The position numbers and the translations under genes were made by a program. Source: Candidatus Binatia bacterium (GTDB lineage: Bacteria; Desulfobacterota; Binatia; UBA9968; JAJDTQ01). From it: 64,000 nucleotides of DNA. The notes beneath the pieces were generated by a model that was not told the origin of the DNA, ran no database searches, and saw only the letters and a list, made by a program, of their open reading frames with translations. Positions 8,379 through 19,622 of the stretch are shown piece after piece. How positions within the stretch are numbered: the first letter of the stretch is position 1; each line of letters starts with the position of its first letter. Location of the stretch: assembly GCA_963666515.2 (NCBI GenBank), contig OY762897.2:864001-928000 (forward strand), written 5' to 3'.

Positions 8379-10841
8379 TCAGCGGAGTTTCCGGCGCTTG
8401 CGTATTTTTTCAAGGCCGATCCGGGCCATTTCGAGGGTTGGGTCCAGGGCGAGCGCGCGCTCGAGGCTTTGGCGGGCGTCGTCGAGCCGGTCGAGGTAGA
8501 ACAGGGTAGCGCCCAGGTTGGCGTGGTTCTGGGCGCTGTCGGGCCGGATCTCCAGCAGGGTCCGGTACAGGCGAAGCGCCTCGCGGTAGCGCTTCTGTCC
8601 GAAACGCAGCATGGCGAAGCGATCCATGGCCTCGGCGTTGCGCGGGTCGATCTCCAGGGCGCGCTCGTAGTGATTCGCCGCTTCCCCGGGCCGCGCAAGC
8701 TCCTGCAGGACACGGCCCGCGAGAAGGTGAAGGGAGCCCGCCATCCGCAGGTCCGGCTCGATGGTGAGGGCTCGGGTCAGGGACGCCGCCGCCTCCTCGT
8801 ATCGTTTCATACGGAACAGCGTGTCACCCAATCCGGCGTGGGCCAGCGCGTACTGCGGGTCGACGTCCAGGGCAGCGCGGTAAGCCTCGATAGATTCGGC
8901 GTACCGCCCCTGCTTCCTGAGCGCCTCGGCCGCGTTCTGGAGGACCGCCGGATCCTGTGAATTGAGATCCCGGGCGCGGTTCAGGTATTCGTCCGCCTCT
9001 TCGGTGCGTCCCTGCGCAATTCGCAGGTTGGCCAGGGTCACGAGCGGCTGCGCTTCACTCTGATCCAGTTCCACGGCGCGATGAAGGTGTTCCGCCGCGG
9101 CTTCGAGCCGTCCAAGCCGTTTCAGCGCCTTGCCCAGGAGGAAATGGAGCACTGCGGTAACCTCCGGGTCCGTGCCCAGCGAGATGGCCTCGGTCAGGGA
9201 TTCGACGGCCTCTTCGTATCGTTCGAGACTGAGCAGCGCATCGCCGAGTCCGGCATGGGCGAGCGCGTAACCGCGGTCCAGTTCGAGCACCCTGTGGTAC
9301 GCCTCCACCGCGGCTTCATGGCGCTTCTGTTTCCTGAACGTCTCGGCCATGTTCTGGCGTGCGTCGCGGTTGCGGGGGTCGAGTTCCAGGGCGCGGCGCA
9401 GGCTCTCCTGCGCTTCGTCCAACCGGTCGAGATGCATGAGCGCGTTGCCGAGGTTGGAATACCCTGCGGCCATATCCGGGCGTTGCTCTACGGCCGTCCG
9501 TGCCGCGGCCACGGCTTCGTCCGGGCGGTCCGCCTCGATCAGCTCGTTGGCCAAGTTGAGGTGGGCGTCACGGGCGTCGGGGTTGTGGGCGATGATATGG
9601 CTGAAGAACGTGATCCCGTCCCGGTAGATGCCCGTCTGGCGCCACGTCAAGGCGCCGAGGACCACCAGGACCGCGGCCACGAAGTACGGCGCGCTCTTCC
9701 GGACGGCGTCCGGCAGCCTGCTGGCGGCCTCGGCCGCGCCGCCGACGAGCACCGCCATGACCGCGATACCCGCCAGATACTGAAAGCGGTCGGCCACGAA
9801 AGCGAACTGCATGTAGCCGTAGTCCACGAAGCCCAGCACCGGCGACAGGGTGACCGCGTAGAACAGCGCTCCGGCCAGGGGTCCCGGGCCGAACCGGCGC
9901 CGTCCGAACCAGAGGAACGCCGCCAGCACAATCGCGCCCAGGAGATAAGCCCAGGCCAGCGGATCGTCGGCGCGGATGTCCCAGAGCGGATAGATCACGG
10001 CCAGGTCCGCGGGCCACAGGAGCTTGCCTACGTAGAACCACAAGGCGCGCGCGGCGATCAGCATCCGTTCCACCAGCGAGTAGCCCAGGGAAAGGGGCTC
10101 ACGGGAGGTGTAGAACGAGAGGTCGCCCAAGGCGATGCCCAGTCCCACCGCGAAGAACGGCGCCAGCCGCAGCAGGTCCGTGGAAGTCACGCGCTCCCGC
10201 TTCCACACGTGCCAGATGAGCAGCGCCGCGGGCAGGGTCACCACCACCGACTTGGAAAGCATCCCCGCGGCGAAGAGCGCCAAGCTGAGGACGTAGCGCC
10301 CCCACCCGGGTGTCTCCACGAACCGGATCCAGGTCAGCGCCGCGGTGAGGTAGAACAGCGCCGACAGCAGGTCCTTGCGCTCGATCACCCAGGCCACCGA
10401 CTCGACGTGCAGGGGATGCACCGCGAACACCGCGGCCGCCACCCACGCTCCGGGCACGGCCAGCCGCAGCAGCAGGCGCCAGACCAGCACCGAATTGACC
10501 AGGTGCAGCAGCACGTTGACGAGGTGATAGCCCAGCGGCGCCAGTCCCCACAGCTTGTGCTCCAGCCAGAAGCTCGTGTAGACGACGGGCCAGTAGTGAC
10601 CTTCCTTCTTGATGTCCGACGGCGAGAACCAGATGTTCCACAGGCCGGAGGCCCTGTGGATCACCGGCTCCTCGACGACGATCAGGTCGTCCCAGACAAA
10701 GCCGCCCCACAGCGCGGGGAGGTAGCTCACCACCACCATGAGACCCAGGGCCACGGAGGCGAGCGCCTCCCGGCGTGAGAAGTGGAGGGGAAACGCCGCG
10801 GGCGCGGCAGGTGTGCGTGTCGGTGTATCGCTCGCCGGCAT
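8379..10841 (-). CDS. TMTC-like membrane glycosyltransferase (GT-C) with C-terminal TPR array
   Basis: GFVWDD, HPLHVESVAWV.ERKD, L.SK and ADRFQY motifs in a multi-TM N-half, followed by about 12 TPR-like repeats. Start codon uncertain. Confidence 0.85.
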   Translation of the reverse strand: MPASDTPTRTPAAPAAFPLHFSRREALASVALGLMVVVSYLPALWGGFVWDDLIVVEEPVIHRASGLWNIWFSPSDIKKEGHYWPVVYTSFWLEHKLWGLAPLGYHLVNVLLHLVNSVLVWRLLLRLAVPGAWVAAAVFAVHPLHVESVAWVIERKDLLSALFYLTAALTWIRFVETPGWGRYVLSLALFAAGMLSKSVVVTLPAALLIWHVWKRERVTSTDLLRLAPFFAVGLGIALGDLSFYTSREPLSLGYSLVERMLIAARALWFYVGKLLWPADLAVIYPLWDIRADDPLAWAYLLGAIVLAAFLWFGRRRFGPGPLAGALFYAVTLSPVLGFVDYGYMQFAFVADRFQYLAGIAVMAVLVGGAAEAASRLPDAVRKSAPYFVAAVLVVLGALTWRQTGIYRDGITFFSHIIAHNPDARDAHLNLANELIEADRPDEAVAAARTAVEQRPDMAAGYSNLGNALMHLDRLDEAQESLRRALELDPRNRDARQNMAETFRKQKRHEAAVEAYHRVLELDRGYALAHAGLGDALLSLERYEEAVESLTEAISLGTDPEVTAVLHFLLGKALKRLGRLEAAAEHLHRAVELDQSEAQPLVTLANLRIAQGRTEEADEYLNRARDLNSQDPAVLQNAAEALRKQGRYAESIEAYRAALDVDPQYALAHAGLGDTLFRMKRYEEAAASLTRALTIEPDLRMAGSLHLLAGRVLQELARPGEAANHYERALEIDPRNAEAMDRFAMLRFGQKRYREALRLYRTLLEIRPDSAQNHANLGATLFYLDRLDDARQSLERALALDPTLEMARIGLEKIRKRRKLR

Positions 10842-11005
10842 CAGCCAAATCCCCGGCTCTTTGTAACGTGTGTTCGGCCCCGGCGACAAACGGCCCCGGT
10901 CCGCCGCGGGTTGTTTCCGACGCTGGACGCTCCCGCGTCTATTGTCTATATTGGCTGACTCACCACGCGGAGTCGGTTCACCATACATTTCAGGGAGGCA
11001 CCTTT

Positions 11006-12202
11006 ATGGCTGGCAACGGAAAAGAGAAATGGCAGGAGCCCACGGGCGAGATGCAGAAGGCGGGCTACGGGAAGTTCCTTCGTCCCAACACCGCCTACGA
11101 CACCTTCATGGAAGAGCAGGAGATCCCCATCTACCGGGACATCGGGGTGGAGAAGGTTCAGAACCTGCCCAGGAAGATGTGGAAGCGGCTCGGAGGCCAC
11201 GCCAGCTTCATCCAGCTTCTGGGGACCGAGGGGCTTTGGGGCTCTTACGTGGTCGAGGTTCCCGGCGCCGGCGCGCTGAACGAGGAGAAGCACCTTTACG
11301 AAGAGCAGTATTTCGTGGTGGAGGGGCGCGGCACCACCGAGGTGTGGGCCGAGGGCAGCAGCAAGAAGCATACCTTCGAGTGGCAGCAGGGGTCGCTGTT
11401 CGCGATTCCGATGAACGCCAGCCACCGCATCGTCAACGCCACTTCCAGCCCGGCGCTGCTGCTGGCCGGCACCACGGCGCCCAACATCATGAACCTGTTC
11501 AACAACACGGACTTCATCTTCAACTGTCCCTACACCTTCACCGACCGCTACAAGGAGACCGAGGACTACTACAAGCCCAACGAGGAGATCGAGCCGGATC
11601 CGGTGCGCGGGCTGGCCATGCGCCAGACCAACATCATCCCGGACATCGTCGCCTGCGAGCTGCCGCTGGACAACCGCCGATCCCCCGGCTACCGGCGCAT
11701 CGAGCCGCACATGGTGGGCAACAGCTTCTACCTGTGGATCGGCCAGCACGAGACCGGCCGCTACTCCAAGGCTCACGCCCACGGCTCCGCCGCCGTGCTG
11801 ATCTGCGTCAAGGGCAAGGGCTACACCTACACCTGGCCCTCCACCCTGGGTCCGACCCCGTGGAAGGACGGCAAGGCCGAAGGGGTGAGGCGGCAGGACT
11901 ACGAGCCCGTCGGCATGGTGAGCGCGGCGCCCATGGGCGGCAACTGGTTCCACGCCCACTTCGGCGTGAGCGCGGAGCCGCTGCGGCTGTCGGCGTGGTT
12001 CGGCCCCAACGCCCCCGGCCGCGAGCGCGGCCGGCCCGGCGAGAAGGCCATCGACTACGGCGCCATCGAGATCAAGGACGGCGGCACCGCCATCGCCTAC
12101 CGGGACGAGGACCCGTTCCTGCGCAAGGAGTTCGAGGAGACCCTGGCCAAGGAGGGGATGAAGTCCAAGATGCCCGCCGAGATCTATCAGCCGGAAGCCT
12201 AG
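11006..12202 (+). CDS. Bicupin protein (distantly gentisate-1,2-dioxygenase-like)
   Basis: GGAGG RBS before ATG 11006; two cupin motifs, EKHLYEEQYFVVEGRG...H and KAHAHGSAAVL.CVKGKG...WFHAHF. Confidence 0.85.
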   Translation: MAGNGKEKWQEPTGEMQKAGYGKFLRPNTAYDTFMEEQEIPIYRDIGVEKVQNLPRKMWKRLGGHASFIQLLGTEGLWGSYVVEVPGAGALNEEKHLYEEQYFVVEGRGTTEVWAEGSSKKHTFEWQQGSLFAIPMNASHRIVNATSSPALLLAGTTAPNIMNLFNNTDFIFNCPYTFTDRYKETEDYYKPNEEIEPDPVRGLAMRQTNIIPDIVACELPLDNRRSPGYRRIEPHMVGNSFYLWIGQHETGRYSKAHAHGSAAVLICVKGKGYTYTWPSTLGPTPWKDGKAEGVRRQDYEPVGMVSAAPMGGNWFHAHFGVSAEPLRLSAWFGPNAPGRERGRPGEKAIDYGAIEIKDGGTAIAYRDEDPFLRKEFEETLAKEGMKSKMPAEIYQPEA

Positions 12203-12211
12203 GGACCGCTC

Positions 12212-13708
12212 GTGGCCGATACAGGATCCCTCGGTTTCACCGGTTCCGGCAGGCACATCGTTGACGAAGACGAGATCAAGCTCACCAGCGTGGGCGTGGA
12301 CATCGGCTCGTCCACGTCCCACCTAGTGTTCTCGCGCCTGGAACTGAGTCAGGAAGGCACCCGCTACGTCGTCAAGAAGCGCACCGTGCTGAGCGAATCG
12401 GAGATTCTGCTCACGCCGTACACCGACGACCTGACCATCGACACGGAGCGTCTGGGCCGGTTCATCAACCAGCAGTACGAGCACGCGCAGCTCAAGCGGG
12501 AGGACGTCGACACCGGCGCGCTGATCCTCACCGGCGTGGCGGTGCGGCGGCGCAACTCCCGCGCCATCGCCGAGCTGTTCGCCGAGGAGGCGGGCCGGTT
12601 CGTGTCGGTCACCGCGGGCGACGGGTTGGAGACCACCATGGCGGCCCACGGCTCCGGCGCGGTGGCGCGCTCCGGCCGGGAGGACGCGGTGGTGCTGAAC
12701 ATCGACGTGGGCGGCGGCACCAGCAAGATCGCGGTGTGCGCCGGCGGCAGGGTACGCGAGGTCACGGCCATCGACGTGGGCGCCCGGCTGCTGGCCATGG
12801 ACGGCGGCAACGCGGTGGTGCGGGTGGAAGAGGCCGGGCGGCGCCACGGCGGCAAGGTGGGCGTCGAGCTGGAGCTGGGCCAGCTCATGAACGAGGACAC
12901 CCTGCAGGCCATCGCGTCGGAGATGGCGGACCGCCTGTTCGAGGTGGTCAACCAGCAGGATCTCACCGAGGATACCCGTGAGTTGCTGCGCCTTCCGCCG
13001 TTGTCGTACCGGGGCAAGGTCGACGCCGTCACCTTTTCGGGCGGGGTCTCCGAGTTCATCTACGGCCATGCCGACAACGGCTACGGCGACATGGGGGCGG
13101 TCCTGGGCCGGGAGATCCGCCGGCGCGTGGAAGGCATGGGGGTCCCCATCCTGGAGCCCTCGGCCCGCATCCGCGCCACCGTCATCGGCGCGTCGCAGTA
13201 CACCATCCAGGTGAGCGGCAGCACCATCTTCATCTCGCCGCCCGACGCCGTTCCGGTCAGGAACGTGCCGGTGGTGAGCGTCGATTTCCAGTGGGACGAC
13301 GACATTGACCCCGCCAAGGTCATCGGCGCCATCGACAACGCGCTCCGGCGCCTGGATCTGCAAGCCGGCCGTCAGCCGGTGGCGCTGGCGTTCCACTGGC
13401 AGGGGTCGGCCACCTTCGCCCGCCTGCAGGCCTTCTGCGGCGCAGTGGCGGAGGGCCTTAAGCAGGTGCTGGACAAGGGCCACCCGCTCATCCTGGTGAA
13501 CGACGGCGACATCGGCGGCATCCTGGGGCTTCACTTCAAGGAAGAGATGAAGCTCGACAAGCCCATCATCTCGGTGGACGGCATCGTGCTGCAGGAGTTC
13601 GACTACATCGACGTCGGCGCCCTGATCCCGTCATCGGGCGCCGTGCCCGTGGTCATCAAATCGCTCGTTTTCCCAAGCGCGGAGCAGAACGCGGCCATCC
13701 GGCAGTAG
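12212..13708 (+). CDS. eutA: EutA-like ASKHA ATPase (ethanolamine ammonia-lyase reactivase family)
   Basis: [42 protein letters not shown] and C-terminal [10 protein letters not shown] are EutA-family motifs. Confidence 0.85.
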   Translation: MADTGSLGFTGSGRHIVDEDEIKLTSVGVDIGSSTSHLVFSRLELSQEGTRYVVKKRTVLSESEILLTPYTDDLTIDTERLGRFINQQYEHAQLKREDVDTGALILTGVAVRRRNSRAIAELFAEEAGRFVSVTAGDGLETTMAAHGSGAVARSGREDAVVLNIDVGGGTSKIAVCAGGRVREVTAIDVGARLLAMDGGNAVVRVEEAGRRHGGKVGVELELGQLMNEDTLQAIASEMADRLFEVVNQQDLTEDTRELLRLPPLSYRGKVDAVTFSGGVSEFIYGHADNGYGDMGAVLGREIRRRVEGMGVPILEPSARIRATVIGASQYTIQVSGSTIFISPPDAVPVRNVPVVSVDFQWDDDIDPAKVIGAIDNALRRLDLQAGRQPVALAFHWQGSATFARLQAFCGAVAEGLKQVLDKGHPLILVNDGDIGGILGLHFKEEMKLDKPIISVDGIVLQEFDYIDVGALIPSSGAVPVVIKSLVFPSAEQNAAIRQ

Positions 13709-13739
13709 GCGGTGCTCCGTCGGGAGTAGAGGACGGTTC

Positions 13740-15110
<1,371 letters not shown>

Positions 15111-15375
15111 AGCCGAAATTCCCTCGCCAGCCGTCGCGCCTCAGGCTCGGCGCAATCTCTCTCCGTTTCAGCAGGACTTGCAGCAGAAGACGTAGTTGTC
15201 GAAAGAACCCGTGATTTTGTCAATCATGATGACATTATACGGGGATCTTTTGGCGAAACCGCCAAGGCATGAGTACTCAGGCTTTGAAATTGTCCTTTTT
15301 GCATGGTTCTTAGCCATATGGCCTTCAACAAATCGCATCTTGGAGTTATTTCGATATCGTGTTATTTTGATGGTT

Positions 15376-16218
15376 ATGAGCCATCAAAGAACCCCGCGTC
15401 TGAAACCGCTGCTGGATACCGTCCCCCCCGGCTTCATGGTGGATACGCCGTGGCTCAAGGCCCAAGGCATCGACCCCAAGTCCATCCACGGCTACGTCGC
15501 CCGCGGGTGGCTTGAGCGCGTCGTCCGGGGGGTGTATCGCCGCCCCCTGCCGGAAGGCGCACAAGGCGCCTGGGGGGAGTCCTGGGAAATTCCGCTTCTC
15601 TCGCTCCAACGGCTCATGAGGTACGCCGTGCATCTGGGTGGGGAGAGCGCCCTCGACGTGGTCGGCTACACGCATTACTTGAACCTCGGAGGAAAGCCCC
15701 GTGTCCGGTTCTACGGGGAGGCGCCGTCTTGGCTGAGGCGGCTGCCCATGCGGACCCAGATCGTCGTGCGCCGGCGGACGCTCTTCGGCGAGGATCCGCT
15801 CGGCATCGACGACGTCGGTTTAGAGGCCGGAGTGGGAGGATCCGCAGTCGGCGTGTGGCGCTGGCCCCTCAAGGCATCTTCTCCCGAACGAGCTATCTTC
15901 GAGGCCCTTGACGAGTTGCCGCGGGACGCGAGCTTCGAGAACCTGGACAAGGTCTTCGAGGGACTGGCATTGCTGCGGCCCAAGAGGCTCATGGCGCTGT
16001 TGACGGCCTGCCGGAGCGTGAAGGTGCGCAGGCTGTTCTTTGTCTTCGCGGACAGGCACGGGCACGCATGGCGCAAGCATCTGGACACTTCGAGGATCGA
16101 CCTCGGGTCGGGACCGCGGGCCCTCGTGAAGGGCGGCAGGCTCCACCCGGCCTACCGCATCTACGTGCCCCGGGCGTTCGTGCCCGAGAAGCCTTCAGTG
16201 GCGGCCGGCGATGCTTGA
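15376..16218 (+). CDS. Type IV TA antitoxin AbiEi
   Basis: N-terminal wHTH (Y..RGWLE..RGVY), SSPERA.FE.L and C.SVKV.RLF motifs; overlaps the AbiEii start. Confidence 0.88.
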   Translation: MSHQRTPRLKPLLDTVPPGFMVDTPWLKAQGIDPKSIHGYVARGWLERVVRGVYRRPLPEGAQGAWGESWEIPLLSLQRLMRYAVHLGGESALDVVGYTHYLNLGGKPRVRFYGEAPSWLRRLPMRTQIVVRRRTLFGEDPLGIDDVGLEAGVGGSAVGVWRWPLKASSPERAIFEALDELPRDASFENLDKVFEGLALLRPKRLMALLTACRSVKVRRLFFVFADRHGHAWRKHLDTSRIDLGSGPRALVKGGRLHPAYRIYVPRAFVPEKPSVAAGDA

Positions 16219-17125
16219 CAGGTACGTAGCGCAGGTCGGCCTGCTGCTGAGCGCGTTGCCCGACATCGCGAGGGAGACCGTGTTCGCGCTCAAGGGCGGC
16301 ACCGCGATCAACCTGTTCTACAGGGACATGCCGAGGCTGTCGGTGGATATCGACCTGACCTACCTGCCGGTGGCGGACCGCCGGTCGTCGCTTGAGGAAA
16401 TCGACGGCGCGCTCGACCGCATCGTCACGGCGGTCAACGCCCGCAGCCCGCGGCTCAGGGCGCGCCGTATCGCGGGCCGCGGGGACAGCGACACGCGCAT
16501 CATGGTGAGCGACGGCCGGGTGCGGATAAAGATCGAGACTTCCCCGGTGCTGCGAGGGGCGGTGCATCCGGCGAGGCGGATGGCTGTGTCCGATAGGGTC
16601 ACGGAGCAGTTCGGCTTCGTCGAGACGAGCGTGCTGGCCTTCGAGGATCTGTACGGCGGGAAGCTCCATGCGGCGCTCGATTGTCAGCACCCGCGTGACT
16701 TCTTTGATGTGAAGCTCCTGTACGACAACGAAGGCGTGACGGACGACCTCTTCCGCACTTTCATGGTCTATGTGGCGAGCTCGAACCGTCCGATGCATGA
16801 GCTCCTGGCTCCCTCTGCGCCCCCCGAAGAGGACCTGTATTATGAAGAATTCGTCGGGATGACCCGCGAGGCGGTATCCAGGGATGATCTGGCCGGCACG
16901 CGCCGCCGTCTTCACGCCGACATCGGATCGCGGTTGAAAGGAGACATCGCGGCGTTCCTGCTCTCCCTCCACGATGCGGAGCCCGACTTCGGCCTGATCG
17001 GTTTGCCCGAGGCCGCGGATATGCCGGCTGTTCGCTGGAAGTTGGTAAACTTGGAGAAGCTCAAGCGCGAAAATCCCGACAAGCACGCGGTTGAGCGCGA
17101 GGCGCTCGAAAGCCTTTTCCGCTAA
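16211..17125 (+). CDS. Type IV TA toxin AbiEii/AbiGii nucleotidyltransferase
   Basis: FALKGGTAINLF.R.MPRLSVDIDL; GKL.AALD.QHPRD.FD. Confidence 0.92.
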   Translation: MLDRYVAQVGLLLSALPDIARETVFALKGGTAINLFYRDMPRLSVDIDLTYLPVADRRSSLEEIDGALDRIVTAVNARSPRLRARRIAGRGDSDTRIMVSDGRVRIKIETSPVLRGAVHPARRMAVSDRVTEQFGFVETSVLAFEDLYGGKLHAALDCQHPRDFFDVKLLYDNEGVTDDLFRTFMVYVASSNRPMHELLAPSAPPEEDLYYEEFVGMTREAVSRDDLAGTRRRLHADIGSRLKGDIAAFLLSLHDAEPDFGLIGLPEAADMPAVRWKLVNLEKLKRENPDKHAVEREALESLFR

Positions 17126-17169
17126 CGGCGAAGCCCGCTTGGTGGAGGACGGCGGTCAAGGTTCGGGCA

Positions 17170-17298
17170 TTCGGGCTGCATCCCTTGAAGGGCGACCGCG
17201 GGGGCCAGTGGAGCGTCGGCGTTTCCGGCAACTGGCGCGTGGTATTCCGCTTCGGGGACGGCGAGGCCGTGGACGTGGATCTGATCGATTATCACTGA
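17170..17298 (+). pseudogene. higB: 5'-truncated HigB (RelE-family killer) toxin
   Basis: In-frame FGLHPLKGDRGGQWSVGVSGNWRVVFRFGDGEAVDVDLIDYH-stop is the HigB C-half. No N-half and no in-frame ATG/GTG upstream; sits directly before higA. Confidence 0.85.
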
Positions 17299-17317
17299 CC
17301 GAAGAGGAGAGCTGACC

Positions 17318-17632
17318 ATGAACGGCATTACGAGCGATCGCGTCGGCCCGATGATGAACCCGCCGCATCTAGGCGAACTGATCCGCGAGAGCATGGACGA
17401 GGTGGGTTGGAACGTGACCGAGACCGCGGCGCGTCTCGGCTGCGAGCGCGGAACACTGTCTCGTCTGCTGAACGGCAAGGCGGGCGTGTCAGCGAACATG
17501 GCGCTGGCGCTGGAGGATATCGGCTGGGGCACCGCCGATCACTGGATGCGGATGCAGGCGAGCTACGAGCTTGCGCAGGCGCGCCGGGACCGGGCCGCTG
17601 CCGAGCGGCGCACAGGCGCATTGCACACATGA
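17318..17632 (+). CDS. higA: HigA family antitoxin (XRE HTH)
   Basis: NPPHLGELIRE, LSRLLNGKAGVS..MAL, W.RMQ..Y.L; GAGGAG RBS. Confidence 0.92.
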   Translation: MNGITSDRVGPMMNPPHLGELIRESMDEVGWNVTETAARLGCERGTLSRLLNGKAGVSANMALALEDIGWGTADHWMRMQASYELAQARRDRAAAERRTGALHT

Positions 17633-17755
17633 TCCGGTCTGTCGCCTTCGCCAAGGCCATTTAATTTACGTAAGCCCCGAAGTCCGAAAGCGAGGGACTT
17701 ACCTTGGAAGCACCGTGCGCCAGCACTCCGGCAAGGGTTCTTCTGTCACGGGACA

Positions 17756-19540
17756 CTACGCCTCCGGCGCGAACTGCAACGAAGCCAGCCGCGCGTACAG
17801 GCCGCCGCCGCCCATCAGTTCCTCGTGGGTGCCGGTGGCGACGATGCGGCCCTGGTCGATGACGACGATGCGGTCGGCCTTGAGGACGGTGGCGAGGCGG
17901 TGGGCGATGATGAGGGTGGTGCGGTTGGCCATGAGGCGGTCCAGGGCCTCGTGCACCAGGTGCTCGCTTTCGGCGTCCAGGGAGCTGGTGGCCTCGTCCA
18001 GCAGCATGACCGCGGGGTCCCTGAGGATGGCCCGGGCGATGGCGATGCGCTGGCGCTGGCCGATGGAGAGGCGCAGGCCCTTTTCGCCCAGGAAGGTGTC
18101 GTAGCGCTCCGGCAGGCTCTGGATGAAGTCGTCGGCGAAGGCGGCCCCCGCGGCGACCGTCACTTCCGCGTCGGTGGCGGAAGGGCGCCCGTAACGGATG
18201 TTCTCCCTGGCGTCGGCGGAGAAGATGACCGTTTCCTGGGGTACGAGGCCGATGCGGCTTCGCACGGCCTGGGGGTCCGCGTTCCGCAGGTCCACGCCGT
18301 CGAGCCGGATGCACCCTCCAGCGGGGTCGTAGAATCGCAGCAGCAGCTTGAACACGGTGCTCTTGCCCGCCCCGGAGGGGCCTACCAGGGCCACGGTTTC
18401 GCCGGGTTCGATGGCCAGGGAGAACGCGTCCAGCGCCCGTTCGCCGGGGCGGGAAGGGTACCCGAACTCCACCGAGTCGAGAACGACGCTGCCCCGCGGC
18501 GGTTCGGGCAGGGGCCGGGGCGCCGCCGGCGGGGTGACGGCCGGCCGGGCCTCCAGCAGCTCCATCAAACGTTCCGTGGCGCCCGCGGCCCGCTGCACCT
18601 CGCCCCACACCTGGCTCAGGCTCGCGGCCGATCCCGCCACGAAGATCGCGTAGAAGACGAACTGGATCAGGACGCCGGCGGACATGCGGCCGCTCAGCAC
18701 CGCCTCGGCCCCAAGCCACAGCACGCCCACCACGCCGCCGAACATGAGCGTGATGACCAGGAAGATGAGCAGCGCCCGGTTGCGGATCCTCACAAGCGCG
18801 GCGTCGTAGGCCGCCTCGGTGGCATCGCCGAAACGGTCCTTCTCGGTGCTCTCCTGGGTGAACGCCTGCACCGTCTCCACCGCGTCGAGGTTCTCGCCGG
18901 CCAGGGCGCTGGTGTCCGCTATCCGGTCCTGGCTCACCCGCGACAGCCGCCGCACCCGCCGGCCCAGCACCAGGATGGGCAGCAGCACCAGCGGGATCAA
19001 CACCAGCACCGCGCCCATGAGCTGCGGGCTGGTGACGATCAGCATGACGAAGCCGCCCGCGAAGATCAGCAGGTTGCGCAAGGCCATGGACGCGCCCGAG
19101 CCGATGACCGTCTGGATCAGCGTGGTGTCGGTGGTGAGGCGCGAGAGGATCTCGCCGGTGCGGGTCACCTCGAAGAAGGTGGGGTTCATGCCCAGCACGT
19201 GGCCGTGGATCTGCTTGCGGATGTCCGCCACCACGCGCTCGCCGATCCGGGCGACGAAATAGAAACGGCCGGCTGACGCCACCGCGAGGACCGCGATGAT
19301 GCCGAGCAGAAGCTGGAAGCGCTGGCCGATGAGCGCGCGGTTTTCCTCGGTGAACCCGGTCTCCAGAATCTGGCGGGCGGCGATGGGAAGGACGAGGGTC
19401 ACCAGCGCGGCGGTGAGCAGGGACACGACGGTCAGGACCAGCAGCCACGGGTACGGCTTCAGGTACCGGACGAGGTGGCGCAGGGGCCGCAGGTCCCGGC
19501 CGGCGGGCCGGGAGTGGAGGACATTTCCGGGCGCTTGCAT
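17756..19540 (-). CDS. ABC exporter, fused permease/ATPase (MsbA-related)
   Basis: TM domain plus GPSGAGKST, LSIGQRQR and LLDEATS; start could be 19540 or 19576. Confidence 0.92.
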   Translation of the reverse strand: MQAPGNVLHSRPAGRDLRPLRHLVRYLKPYPWLLVLTVVSLLTAALVTLVLPIAARQILETGFTEENRALIGQRFQLLLGIIAVLAVASAGRFYFVARIGERVVADIRKQIHGHVLGMNPTFFEVTRTGEILSRLTTDTTLIQTVIGSGASMALRNLLIFAGGFVMLIVTSPQLMGAVLVLIPLVLLPILVLGRRVRRLSRVSQDRIADTSALAGENLDAVETVQAFTQESTEKDRFGDATEAAYDAALVRIRNRALLIFLVITLMFGGVVGVLWLGAEAVLSGRMSAGVLIQFVFYAIFVAGSAASLSQVWGEVQRAAGATERLMELLEARPAVTPPAAPRPLPEPPRGSVVLDSVEFGYPSRPGERALDAFSLAIEPGETVALVGPSGAGKSTVFKLLLRFYDPAGGCIRLDGVDLRNADPQAVRSRIGLVPQETVIFSADARENIRYGRPSATDAEVTVAAGAAFADDFIQSLPERYDTFLGEKGLRLSIGQRQRIAIARAILRDPAVMLLDEATSSLDAESEHLVHEALDRLMANRTTLIIAHRLATVLKADRIVVIDQGRIVATGTHEELMGGGGLYARLASLQFAPEA

Positions 19541-19564
19541 GTGCTCAGTGCGCGTCCACACCAA

Positions 19565-19599
19565 AACGGGTGCCACCGTTGCTCACAGTGGCACCCGTT
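19565..19599 (-). terminator. Hairpin/putative intrinsic terminator downstream of the aldehyde dehydrogenase
   Basis: 12-bp inverted repeat AACGGGTGCCAC/GTGGCACCCGTT ending in a short T run on the minus strand. Confidence 0.45.
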
Positions 19600-19622
19600 C
19601 AATGGCTTCGGGCTCGTCCCGC

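Noticed and set aside
15259-17658. CGCCAAGGC near both ends of the AbiE/higA islet as a target-site duplication
   Set aside because: Only 9 GC-rich bases, not at clear boundaries; expected by chance.
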